A DNA stretch of 33,654 bases from Jimgerdemannia flammicorona (Eukaryota). The DNA lies in assembly GCA_003990765.1 (NCBI GenBank), contig RBNJ01000302.1:1-33654 (forward strand), written 5' to 3'. Positions within the stretch are counted from its first letter, which is position 1. Each line of letters starts with the position of its first letter. The notes under the pieces were generated by a model. It worked only from the letters and a program-made list of their open reading frames with translations. It was not told the DNA's origin and searched no databases. The position numbers and the translations under genes were made by a program. This document shows, in pieces, positions 1-10,719 of this stretch.

Positions 1-26
1 TGTAACGTTCTGTCCTGGCTTGGTAG

Positions 27-351
27 ACTTCCGGAAATGCCTCATCCTCAGCTGCCGAAACGTCCTCCGCCTCTTCTACTCTCGTCATCCCCGATTTTCT
101 CCAACTTAAAAACGTCGAGGATTGGAATATGAATGCCGTTTTCCAATTCCTGGATAAAAACAAAAACGTACAGTTCGGAGACTCACACGTTAAAGCCATT
201 TATGACCAAGAAGCTGCCGGCAGCGCTTTACTCGAGCTGACCTACACAAAACTTATTATGCCGCCTTACAACCTGAAAGGAGGACCAGCAGAGGGCATCG
301 TCTCATTAGTTAGAAAGTTAAAGGTTGCCAAGGGGCTCGCCAGCGACTCTG
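27..351 (+). CDS. Exon encoding SAM-like N-terminal domain
   Basis: Open from the AG at 25-26 through ORF 129..440; V..W....V..FL and G..LL.LT...L....L..GPA..I motifs; ends at G|GTAAGT. Confidence 0.65.
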
Positions 352-1727
352 GTAAGTGTCGTGTAATACATACATCTACTTTTGATTGGTTAGCGGACAG
401 CCTACTGCTTACTTTTTTCATTCATACAATTGGTGGTTAAAAAGAACATAACTCGGTTTCAAACCACTCTCTCAATCTTTCATTTCATTATCGTGTCTTG
501 CTCCCACCTTGTTCTTCATCACCTTCTGCAGCTCTCCACGGTAACATATTTGCCTTTTCATTTCGTTAACTCCACTTTACCTTTCGAAATCCAAACTAAA
601 TTTTTCTCCTTACTGCCATTTCATTTTAAACATTGCTCGTTCATTTCTAATCTTTGCCCATCCATCCATCACCCTTGACTATTTCAGGTACAATATTTCC
701 TTTTGCTTTATTATTTTTTTCCTAGAAAACCGTTACGATAGGCATTTTCCTTTTACTAATACTTGATCAAACTTACTTCTTCATCTACTCGCACACTATC
801 ACAGTGCCACTCAACGCCACTCCAGGTACATTTTCTTTCATTTTCTTTGGTTATTGTTGGATTTTCTGAAAGTACTCGAGGGTGTTATCTGTGCGCTTGG
901 AATGCTCTTTTCTCGGAGATCTTTGTCGATTCATTCGCGTTATTGCGGAACGACCTGAAAACCTCATTCCTGCATTCATACCTCCATCCGTCCACGTATT
1001 CATCCTTCCCGACATTCCCTTTCTACGTAAATCCCATGCCCCGATTATTTCAGGTATGATGTCTCTTTTGCTTTTTTACTCTTATTCCCATAAAATATTC
1101 CAATAAAATGCTCGAGTATATATATAGTAGATACGCTTGGAATAGTACAATTATAAGGATGTCTTGGTGTTTGATTTCCTTTTCATTTTACTTGCCAATT
1201 TTATTTCTTAACACGTTCTATCCAACCATTCCTGATTTGAACCTCGTTATCGCCAACAGCCTCCGTCGAAAGTACACATTTTAATATTTATGCCCTGCTT
1301 TCCACTTTCATTCATTGATTACCTAGTCTTACTCACACAAAGCTGTACGAGACTGATTTTCCACTGCCGAATGTTGCAAACCCTGACTGCCGGCGCTACC
1401 ATATTATTTATTAATTGGTTACCATTGTTCTTTCATTTTTATTTTTTCCATCAATTCTTCAACGAAACCATCGACCTGTTTTTCCTCACCGAAGTGCCTT
1501 CCGTTACCCAAGGTACGATCTCTTTCTTATGACTTCTGAGAACACTGGAATATTGACGTCGTTTCCAAAAAAAGAAAAAAAAAAATTGTATTAAATCGTT
1601 CGAAACTCTGCGCTACGCTGTTTCTAGCGTTTTGCTGTGTTTCCGGGAAAATATTAATGAGAAGAAATGATGTGGAAAGGCATAGACTTTCCTGCTCTAA
1701 TTTTCTTTCTTGCGCGATTATATTCAG

Positions 1728-2740
1728 ACAGGAGACCCTATCCCGATGAGACAGACGAGGGCCGAGACCAATTGATGGTGATACCAACCGAGCGGTTGGA
1801 ATATATCGAGAAATTCATAAGGAAACGACCCGTTACCCTTCTACGCAGCCCCCCGCTCTCGGGTAAGAGTACACTGGGCGTGACACTCCGGGACCGTTTC
1901 TTGGCTGGAAATTATGATGCTGTATACATATCTTTCGCGGGTTTGCCCCGTACGAATGCCCCTATCGAAGAGGATACCTTTGATAATTTCTGGAAGTACA
2001 AGGCTAAACGCACCTGGACGCAATGCCTTCGTTGTATAAAACCTACCATTGTCATTGTCGACGAGGCTCAGGCCCTCTACGGTAACAAAGCCATGTACTT
2101 TTGGGGAGACTTGAAGAATATTCACTCTGCAGACGGTCGCAACGATAAGCTTAGAGTGTTCCTGCTTGCTACCTACGACCCAGTGTGGAATGACAATTTG
2201 ACACCGTTACAATTTACGAACTCTCTTGGACTGAAGGATCTTCTTTTGTCGGAGTCAGATTTCGAAATCGTTGTGGAGTGGTTTGTTAACCTGCGAGATT
2301 CATGGGACAGTACGAACTTCAGCATCCCACAAGAGGTTGTCAAAACAATCTTCAACTTCACCGGCGGACACGCCGGTCTTTGTCGACATACGATTTTCAA
2401 AATGCGCGAAAAATTTCGCGACGGTGGCACAACAAAGGACATGCTTAAGTATCTCGTTTCTCGGAATTTTCTGCGATCTACAGAAGCCACACGCGCCTAT
2501 GAATGGGCCTCTAATTGGAATCCGACGAATGAAGAAGCCGAGTCTCTTCGCAATCTCCTTCTTCAAGATTACTCCGAACCTTTAGATCTTTCCGCTTCAG
2601 TTGCACAAAATTTCATCAAGTCAGGACTTCTTATCGTGGATTCCGATTATAATTACCATTTTGCCGCCCCCATCATGCGAACCTTTCTCACAAAGTCCTT
2701 GTTCAAAGCACGCGTAGACATTCGGAAGTCACCTTCGACG
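1728..2740 (+). CDS. CR-type (STAND/AAA+-like) P-loop NTPase exon
   Basis: ORF 1667..2770 with Walker A/B and GGHAGL motif; pyrimidine tract, CTAAT branch-like site and CAG before 1728. Confidence 0.85.
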
Positions 2741-3222
2741 AGTTCTTGTTGCGAACAATCGAACGCATGAGGCCGTCTGTCCTGAGGACGTCGTTAGGCC
2801 TAGGATCAGGCCCGGGTATGCGAATCCTCGAGAGAACTTGGCAAATGGAATGGTACCGCACGGCTCTCACCGTTGTCCCTGTCGGGGCCTCAGTTAGCCC
2901 GGACATTGGGAGCGTCTTTGGCTCTGACGGGTTCTTAGACTTCTATGTTAACGGCAAAGAGTACAGTTGGGGAGTCGAACTGCTCCGTGAGAGTGACCGA
3001 ATGAATGGACATGCCCGGATATTCGAGCCAGGCGGCGAATACAACAAAATTCCCCTTACAGATTATGTCATTATCGACTTCCGCCATGAGAACAAAACAG
3101 CTCAAACACCACTTCCTCACTTTTGGCATGCACTGTACACTGACGACTACGAACACATTACCATCCGGCGTTCCGGTGAAACGGATAAAGTCCTGATTTT
3201 GGGTGGTGATACGGAGATTTAA
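2734..3222 (+). CDS. C-terminal PD-(D/E)xK-like restriction-endonuclease-fold domain of the CR gene (out of frame with NTPase)
   Basis: FDEFLLRTIERM...ERTWQMEWYR...SPDIGSVFGSDGFLDFYVNG..WGVELLRE..H..IF..GGEY..IPL.DYVIIDFR, typical of NTPase-coupled CR-REase domains. Confidence 0.75.
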   Translation, partial: FDEFLLRTIERMRPSVLRTSLGLGSGPGMRILERTWQMEWYRTALTVVPVGASVSPDIGSVFGSDGFLDFYVNGKEYSWGVELLRESDRMNGHARIFEPGGEYNKIPLTDYVIIDFRHENKTAQTPLPHFWHALYTDDYEHITIRRSGETDKVLILGGDTEI

Positions 3223-3227
3223 TTTAC

Positions 3228-4213
3228 AATTGTTCAAGCCATTTCAATGACCATATGGTTAAATCGCTCAGCTACACCATTCTGCTGAGGTGTATAAGGA
3301 GCTGGTATTTGATGGAATATGCTGCATTTGCTCAGGAACTGCCTGAATGCATTGTTGATGTATTCGCATCCATTATCTGATTGTATAGTATGCACTCTAC
3401 ATTCTGTTTTATTCTTGGTGATTACTTTAAATTCTTTAAATTTGTCTAAGGCTTCACTCTTTACTAATAGGAAATATATATATACTTTATACATATATAT
3501 AATTATTGATGAATGTGATGAAATACTTCTTTCTAGAGTATGATGGCAAATGCATGGGGTCATATATATCAATATGGATAAGATTCAGAATCTCTGAGAT
3601 ATGCTTCAATTGTTCTTCAAATAGATGCTGAGATGCTTTATTTACTACACAATCCTCATAGAAGAAATTGTTTCCAAGGTGTATATTTGGTGGCAATCTG
3701 CTGACAGATTTATTCCTTATTATATATTTAAGGCTCATCTTGCTGATATATCCTAAGTATTAATTCTATATATTGGATATGTCTGGCATAGTTGTCATAT
3801 ATGCAGAGGCTTTCATACTATTCCTATTTGGTATACTATTGATTGTATAAAGATTGCAATATTTCAAAACAGTCAACTACTTATTGTCATATAATTCATA
3901 TACTATTGTACCCTTTACATATATGTATATATTCTTTATTATTATGTGAAATTATCTTCCCTATCAAAAAGAGGTTTTTGTCAATTTCTGATATCTAGGA
4001 AAGTGTTAGCAGGTTCTACAATATTACTATAGAGATGTATATATCTCAACATTTCTCTTTCTTGATTATATATGATATTGTTATCTCCTAGTTTGATAGA
4101 TACAGAGTACTCAAAAGGCTCATAAATAGAAAACCATTCTATATATAGTATCATATGTTATATGGCTCCTGAATTTATTAATCAGACATCATTTTTATTA
4201 GCTATATTAGTAT
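3228..4213 (-). mobile_element. Decayed Ty1/copia pol fragment (protease, GAG-pre-integrase, integrase core), 3'-truncated
   Basis: Minus-strand *LINSGAI*HM (WLIDSGA..HM protease) near 4155-4185; IHIDIYDPM; IQSDNGCEY...APYTPQQNGVAERFNH (integrase) in ORF 3234..3572. PR-IN order defines copia. Confidence 0.9.
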
Positions 4214-4225
4214 TATAACATGCCT

Positions 4226-4283
4226 GGCTCAATGGAGGCAAATTACAAGGTTGGGGGTTGATGTAGTTTGGCTTGAGCCCCCA
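4226..4283 (+). other. tRNA-acceptor-stem-like hairpin ending in C-CCA at the U5 end of the LTR (also 13146-13203, 30212-30269, 32634-32691)
   Basis: GGCTCAA(4226-32)/TTGAGCC(4273-79) stem, CAAATTACA/TGTAGTTTG inner stem with one G:U, 3' CCCA. Last 11 nt identical to the plus-strand PBS sequence at 13121-13131. Confidence 0.7.
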
Positions 4284-5302
4284 GTTACTTTGTCAAAAGC
4301 AACAAAATGTTCTATGATTCCTGAGGTCCTTGGTGGTGTTTAGTGGTATAATAGTCAAAGCTGGATATCTGTGGTCGATTTCCTTATTGGGACAGGTTCT
4401 CTGAGTGTAGCAGTGATTTGTGTGTGTGAACGGGTTTCCTTCTTGGGTCAACTGGGAATGGCAGAATTCGTGTATAGCGCGATGATCTCCTTGTGTGTGT
4501 GTGATGGTCTGGCAATTTAGCAGTTCTCCTTATATGATTTCTGCATGACAATCTCTGTGTAGCGCGGCAGGTTCCTTATGCGGGACGTTCTGATAATTTG
4601 GCGGATGACTCGATTCGGCTCTCCGGGAATAGAGAATGGTGTAGGTTCTTCCTGGGATGGTTTACTGGGAATTATACTGGCGGCGAGTTACTCAATAACT
4701 CGGGCTCACTGGGAACAACAGATAACTCGGATGGCACAGATTCTTCTGAATCGGCTTCAGAATCGGGCTCTTCTGGGAATGCGGATAACTTGAAAATGGC
4801 AGATGACGTGGATTCTTCTGAACTAGGATTCTTGGCAAGTTACATCAAAGACTGGCTTCGTTTGCATGGAGTTACATCGTAGACTGGCTCCACTGCAAAG
4901 TTGCATCAGAAAGACTGGCTTGTGGCAAGAATGGCAGCAAAAACTTGGGTTCTTCAGGCTTGTCTGGCAAGTGTACCAATAGCGCAGCTTATTCCTTAAG
5001 CAGCGGGTTTCTCTTCAAAAGGCAGTGAAGTTCTTCCTTGAACTTTGGCGGCAAATCTTCAGGCTTAGTCTGGCAAGTGTACCAATCAATCTTTGTATCA
5101 GAAAGTGGACTGGAGTGGAAAGGGGACCAATGCTCAATCTTTAGAGGCTTCTTTGGTGTTTGTATTTTGGACTGAGGTTTATTCACTCTTGTCTCTGGGG
5201 TAATTTATACAAGTTGGTTGCTATCTGATTACTATGTGGCTAACTATAGATTTGCTACTTCTGGTAATGCTTGGGTGTGTCCTCTGGGTACAGATATATC
5301 CA

Positions 5303-5397
5303 CAGGACATGAGTGTGCCCACATGACATGAGTGTGTCCACAGGACATGAGTGTGTCTGCAGGATATAAGTGTGTCTACAGGACATGAGTGTGTCCT
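5303..5397. repeat. 19-bp tandem repeat (CAGGACATGAGTGTGTCYR) in the U3 part of the LTR
   Basis: 5 units here, 3 at ~14281-14337, 4 in inverted orientation at ~31594-31670. Confidence 0.9.
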
Positions 5398-5563
5398 CAG
5401 GATACAGATAAACAATCCTGATCTGGTGTCTTGGCTAATTATAAGTGTGACAGACATGGGTAACTATGATACACTGGAAGTCACATCATGCTGAGTAAGT
5501 ATGCTAATTGTTCATATCATCTGGCTAAGTTATAATTCAGGTAGTATGTTTTGGTCTGTAACA

Positions 5564-5575
5564 TCAGCCCCCACT
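5564..5575 (-). promoter_or_regulatory. Short atypical polypurine tract (AGTGGGGGCTGA) abutting the 3' LTR
   Basis: G-run directly 5' of the 3' LTR on the element strand. Confidence 0.6.
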
Positions 5576-6112
5576 GAAGGGTAGTCTGTCTCAGACTATT
5601 CTTCAGTCATCATCCCAATAGGCATGAGCAGCTTCTGCATCTATACCTGTTCCATCATCATCATCTGAGCTACAGTCACTTCATTCCAGGGGCTCTTCTT
5701 CTTCCTCGGGAAATAGGATCTCTACTTGGTGAATAATGCTGAGGTAGGTGGGCAGTGTCATCCTTTGGAGGTCATTTAGAGAGAACTGGGCCTGGATTAA
5801 GGCAAAAGGGTTTTGTTTGTATATTGTGTATAGTCTGTCTGCAGCAGTAGTATTTCTGTTCAGGCCAGTGGTGTTTCAGATATAGGCTAGGTCTAAGAGA
5901 GGAAGATTCTGCAATTGTTCTCCAATTGCAAAATATGCCTGCAGCTGGTGGACCTGAAGTAGCCTCTTGGCCAAAGTGAGGTTCTCTTGATGAACTCAGA
6001 TTTTCTAAAGATATGTTCCATTGGGTTCCTAGAACTAAGACAGGGGAACTGATAGGGCTTGGAGGGAACTGAGGACAAGGGCTTAGAGGTGGTTGTCAAT
6101 TCTCTGATTCAT
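5564..6112 (-). pseudogene. Accessory ORF3 downstream of integrase (183 codons, unknown function)
   Basis: ATG at 6112 overlapping the pol end; one frame to TGA at the LTR border: MNQRIDNHL*ALVLSSLQ...QLQAYFAIGEQL...AADRLYTIYKQNPFALIQAQFSLNDLQRMT...EEEEE. Internal stops compatible with C-to-T. Confidence 0.65.
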
Positions 6113-7100
6113 GGTTTGAGAAGAGATATATCTTGAGGCAATTGATATATACTGGTGTTCTCAGGGTTTGTCCATCCATGCTTCTTAAATAGATACTGGT
6201 TCCTCTGATGTTGTGTACAAGATAAGGTCCTTCCCATTTGGGCTCCAATTTGGTAGCAAAGTTTGTTTCAATCATACTTCTCCAAACTAGTACTTGATCT
6301 TCAATCTTGATCTTCTGATCCTTCTGTCTTTGGTCATAGTACTTCTTTTGTCTTTCTTGGGCTTTGATAATCTGACCTTGGATCTGATTATGTAACTGTT
6401 CTGCCTTCTTGAGAAGATCTCTGAGATTCTCATGGTCAGCAGTTCTCATTTTCTTAGCAAACATCATTTCAAATGGCTTTTGTTTAGTTGAGGCAGCAGG
6501 GGTGTTCCGAATTTTCCATAGGATCTCAGGTAAGCAGAGGTCCCAATTGGTAGAATTGACTTGAGCAAGTTCTTTCTTGATGGTCTGGTTCATCCTTTCT
6601 GTCATGCCATTGGTCTGGGGATGGTATGATGTGGTCTGTTTGAGATGTATCTTGTGAATTCAAGCATAACTTGTAATTATGTTATTGATGAATTCTGTGC
6701 CTCAGTCAGAGATGAGTTCTTCTGGAGGTCTATATCTAAGTGTGAGTCTATGGAGAAGACCTACTATGGTTAGGGCATCAGCGATTTCCATTGGAAAAGC
6801 CTCAGGCCACTTGGTCAGATGTTCCACAAATACAAGGGTATATTTGTTTCTTCTTAGTATAACTGATAGAGGTCCAATTATATCTATTCCCCATCTTTGA
6901 AAGATGTGAGTGAGTGGGGGAATCAGTTGCAGAGAGACTTGATAGTTCTTTTTTCCTTGATACTTCAGGCAGATGTCACATTTCTGAATGATGTCTCAGA
7001 CTTGGGTTCTGAGGTGGGGCCAATGTTGATATTGTTTCGAATCTTGTCTTCTATGTATGTCTGTCCTTGGTGGGCTTTCTGATGTTCTTGTTGGATGAGA
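6096..7100 (-). pseudogene. Gypsy integrase (zinc finger, DDE core, GPY/F); no chromodomain seen
   Basis: HQKAHQG, PEELISD*GTEF, SYHPQTNGMTERMNQT, KLEPKWEGPY. Confidence 0.93.
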
Positions 7101-7199
7101 TCTTCTTGTTCCTTGATGGTCTGAGGAGCTTCCTTTAGGGTGTAGTTCCTCGGGACACCCTTCTTCTGGTTCATTGGAGCTGTTGGGAAAGTACTCAAC

Positions 7200-8460
7200 A
7201 TTGTTGTGAGCTTTCTCTGCTTTGTGAATAATGGTGATTTTGTAATTCTGAAGGATAAGGATCCAGTGGGCTAGGATTCCAGCAGGTTCCTTGTAGTTGA
7301 ATAGCTATTTGAAGGCTACATGGTCTGTGATCAGAGTGAACCTTTTTCTGATGAGGTAATGCTTGAACAGAGTGACCATCCATATGACTGCAAGACATTC
7401 CAGTTTGGTGCTACCATAGTTCATCTGCTGCTGGTTGATAGCTCTGCTTGCATAAGCTATCATATGGTACTATTGATCAGGTCCTTCTTGAGACAGAACT
7501 ATCCTGAGGCCATCTTTAGAAGCATCTATATACAAGATGAATGCCTTCTGTAGATTGGGGCACCCAAGGATAGGTGCTCTAGTCATGCAGTTCTTGAGTT
7601 CTCTGAAGGCTTTTTCCTGTGATTCTGTCTATTTGAATGGTGCTCCTTTCTTGAGAAGGATTCAGATTGGGGCAGTGATTTGGGTAAAATTCTTGATAAA
7701 CCTTCTATAGTAGGATACTAATATCAGGAATGATAGTGTTTCCTTTGGAGTCTTGGGTACTGGCCAATTGTTGATCTTCTCAGTTTTCTTTGGGTCTGCA
7801 TGAGTTCCTTCTTTTGAAACCATGAATCCTAGGAATTTGAGTTTCTGTTTCCCAAAGTAGTATTTTTTTGCATTCAATCTCAAGTAATTCTTGCAGGTGA
7901 GCTTGAAGAATTCCTCTAGGTGGTGCAAGTGTTCTTCAAAATTTGCTAAATAGATGTTGGAATCATCCATGTATACAATCAGGTAGTAGTAGATCAAGGG
8001 GGCATAGACTGAATTCATCATCCTCTGAAAGGTAGGGGGTGCATTGCAGAGTCCAAAGGGTATTTGGAGATATTCAAACAGTTTTTCTAGAGCAAGGAAG
8101 GCTGTCTTTTGAATGTCCTTAGGGTTCATGGGGATCTCATGGAATCCTGTAAAGAGGTCCATACTGCTGAAGTATCTGGCATCTTGTAACTGATCCAAGA
8201 GGTCATCGATTCTGGGCAGAGGATAGGCATCCTTTTCAGTGACTGAATTGAGTTTCCTGTAATCCATGCAGAGTCTCCATCCTCCTTTCTTTGGTACAAT
8301 AAGTATAGGGCTGGCCCAGGGGCTGGTAGAGGGTCGGATGACTCTATTGTCTAAGAGTCCTTGGATGTGCTCTTTTTCGAATATTTTCAAGTGATGGGGT
8401 ATTCTATAGGGTTTCTGCTAGATGGGTGTTGTATTTCCTGTATTTATGCTGTGGTGATAT
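7200..8460 (-). pseudogene. Gypsy reverse transcriptase and RNase H
   Basis: SPWASPILIVPKK..WRLCMDYRKLN, PFGLCNAPPTFQ, YMDD; RH FILYIDASKDG...IAYAS...NYGSTKLECLAV...LITDH. Confidence 0.97.
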
Positions 8461-8679
8461 GATGGATAGTATGGCAGATTGCCATAATTGGTAATAAAGA
8501 TATCTTGATATTTGTTGAGAAGTTCTACTAGTTGTTGTTGTTGAGGTGTCAATTCTTCAATATTGGTGGAAGGCTTCACTATCTCCTGGGTCGCAGAGGG
8601 GCCTTTCCTTTCTTCTGGGACCTTTTGCCATTTCCTGATAGGTTTAGTTCATAAACTTCCCTATGAGTTTGGTTGAGAA

Positions 8680-8960
8680 AAGGCACCAGATGTCCTATGA
8701 TGGTTCCTTTTGGTAAGATGATGGTCTCTCAACTTTGGTTGGTTGCTCGGGAGTGTACTGGGTTCATCTTGTCAGAGAATGTGTGTCCCTCTATGTCCAG
8801 GTGTAGGATATCTTTCTTAGGTTCGAAGAAATGGTTTCTGGGATCGGGTGGTGCAAAGATTTTGAAGATAGTTTGTTCTCCAGGCTCCAGGATGAGATTC
8901 TTGTACAGTCTGACTGGTTGCTGGTATACTTTCTGGGGAACATTCATCTTGAGGTGGTAG
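8680..8960 (-). pseudogene. Degenerate dUTPase-like domain between dUTPase and RT
   Basis: LILEPGEQTIF...ATNQS*ETIILPKGTIIGHLV parallels dUTPase I.PG..../N.S....I..G..IAQ.V but lacks catalytic motifs. Confidence 0.45.
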
Positions 8961-8987
8961 ACTTGAAGGAGATATACCTCCTTCCTT

Positions 8988-9400
8988 TCTGAACTTCCAA
9001 ATCCCTTGACTTGTCTTATTCCTTCAGTTAGTTCAGAGACTTCCTGTAACTGTGGGGTCTTGACCTTCATGAAGACTGCTTGGGCAATCTTCTGTCCTCT
9101 AATGATTCAGTACCATTCTGCACTACTGTTGTATAAGATAACCTTTATTTTGCTTATATATCCTGGGTCAATGGTTCCTCCTTCCACTATTATTCCTTGT
9201 CTGGCAAGTCCGGACCTTGAGGTCAGTTGGATATAAGCTCCTTGGGGTGGCTGCATGGCTAGTCTGGTTCTGACCATGAAGGTTTTTCCAGGCTTGATAG
9301 ATTTGTCCTCCAGGCTGTAAAGATCATATCCTACATCCTTGGGGTGGACTTTGGTCGGGGGTTTGGCCTTGGGGTGCAGCAGGGCATACTGGGCAATATT
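8988..9400 (-). pseudogene. dut: Trimeric-type dUTPase domain in the polyprotein
   Basis: All five motifs in one frame: VGYDLYS, SRSGLA, GGTIDPGY, GQKIAQAV, RQVKGFGSS; one internal stop. Mostly missed by the ORF track. Confidence 0.95.
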
Positions 9401-9719
9401 CTTGCTGAGTTCAGGTTTTTCTAAGACTGAAGCTCCACTAGCAGAAAGCCTTCAAGCTCTAAGGTTGAGGTGTAGACATCTGGCTCCAGTAGAGGAATCT
9501 TGGAGGTAGTTGATTTCCCTCCTTTCTGTAGAGTCAAGGGCTTCCATGAAGTTTGTGGCATCTTCTGCCTATCCTTGGCAGGTTGCATGTCTGATGAGAG
9601 CTAGGATGTCTTCTCCCAAATCATAGATCTTGAGGATTCTTTTCCTGGGCTTCTTGGTCTGGCTTTTTCGAATCTGGCTTTTTCAGATCTGGCTTTGGTC
9701 ATCTCCTTTCTTCAAAGTG

Positions 9720-10483
9720 TGCACTGCAACATCATGACTGAGGTGAATCTTCTAATGTCTGCAGTCTAGGCAGTCAGGGTGTCTTCTATGGTTGCAATAT
9801 TCCATTGCACAAAAATGATGTTCCCAGCTATTTATCTCTTGTTGTCTTGGGAATCAGTACCCATCTTGATCATAGGTTGGGGGAAGGGTAGACAAGGGAT
9901 ATATTTTTGTTTGGGTGAAGAAGCCTTGTCCTCTAAATCAACTTTGTAACCTTGTGGTGACTTCTTGAAAGGTGGTGGACTGTGCAAGAGTAGTTGGGGG
10001 TTCTGGTCTCTGGGGTCTCTATCTTTCTTGTTGGTCCAACAGATGACACTGATAGCAGTAGTCTCAGGGAGAGTGGAAGACCATTTGGTGTGGGCATCTT
10101 CCTAGCTGAAAAGCCTTTTCTTAGTGAGTTTCTTTCTTGAGAATAATGGTGATTGTACTGGGTCCTTCTTCTGTATTCCAAGGGTCATTGTCTTCAGGTG
10201 GTGTCCAGTAAGGGTCATTCCAGGAGATGAGTTCAGGGACCTCTTCTTCATCAGGTGCTTCTTGTTCAGGAACTTCTTGGTTGGAAGTTTCTTCTTCCTT
10301 GGATGATTCTTGACCCCAGATTGCTTGTACTTCTGCAGCTTCAGTTGTGGGTGTTTCTGGAATATGTCTGCATTTCTTCTTCTTCCTTCTGCACTCTGGG
10401 CAGGCTGTGCCTGGCAATTTCCTTGCTCCCATGATCTTGGAGGAGTGCTCAGGACACTTGTGTCTCTTGAGGCATGTAGGGTA
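9720..10483 (-). pseudogene. Cys/His-rich putative zinc-binding modules between protease and dUTPase
   Basis: In frame with gag-PR: YPTCLKRHKCPEH, ACPECRRKKKKCRH, CPHQMVFHSP*DYCYQC, HHFCAMEYCNHRRHPDCLDCRH. Confidence 0.55.
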
Positions 10484-10719
10484 TCCTTTGGCTTCTCCTG
10501 TGATAGCTCCAATGGTAATAGGGATAGTGTTCTTGGCCCACACATTATCTTCTGGTCAGTCATCCACCAGATTGATTTGGGGATTAAGTCTGTGATCATT
10601 TCCATCTTCAGATTCTTCCTCTTCTTCTGTGGTAGATTCTTCACTGCTGGCATACTCTTCCTGAATAGTGATCTTCTTCTTTTTCTTTGATTGCTCATAG
10701 CTGGTCACCTTAACTCTAT

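Larger units (their letters stand above)
27..3222 (+). pseudogene. Crinkler (CRN/CR)-type gene: SAM-like header + P-loop NTPase + REase-fold domain; frameshifted near 2735
   Basis: Frame 27-351 gives VEDWNMNAVFQFL...GSALLELT...LKGGPAEGIVSLV (SAM-like), then GTAAGT donor at 352. Acceptor TTCAG ends 1727 in the same phase 1. Downstream: Walker A SPPLSGKST, Walker B IVIVDEAQ, TGGHAGL; then in another frame ERTWQMEWYR...GFLDFYVNG...WGVELLRE. CpG-rich. True start may lie upstream of the window. Confidence 0.8.
4214..5563 (-). repeat. 3' LTR (1350 bp)
   Basis: Collinear with 13134-14492; plus strand runs TATAACATGCCTGGCTC...GGTCTGTAACA. Confidence 0.95.

Noticed and set aside
1..7. TGTAACG at window start matching the LTR terminus
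   Set aside because: Similarity ends after about 8 nt.
5303..5397. CRISPR-like regular repeats
   Set aside because: Head-to-tail 19-bp units without unique spacers, inside a eukaryotic LTR.
5893..6099. Listed 68-aa ORF, and env or chromodomain after integrase
   Set aside because: Alternative frame of the ORF3 region; no chromodomain pattern or TM segment seen.
8620..8670. Programmed -1 frameshift between the dUTPase-like region and RT
   Set aside because: The frame does change here, but there is no canonical slippery heptamer and the element has other decay indels; needs a family consensus.
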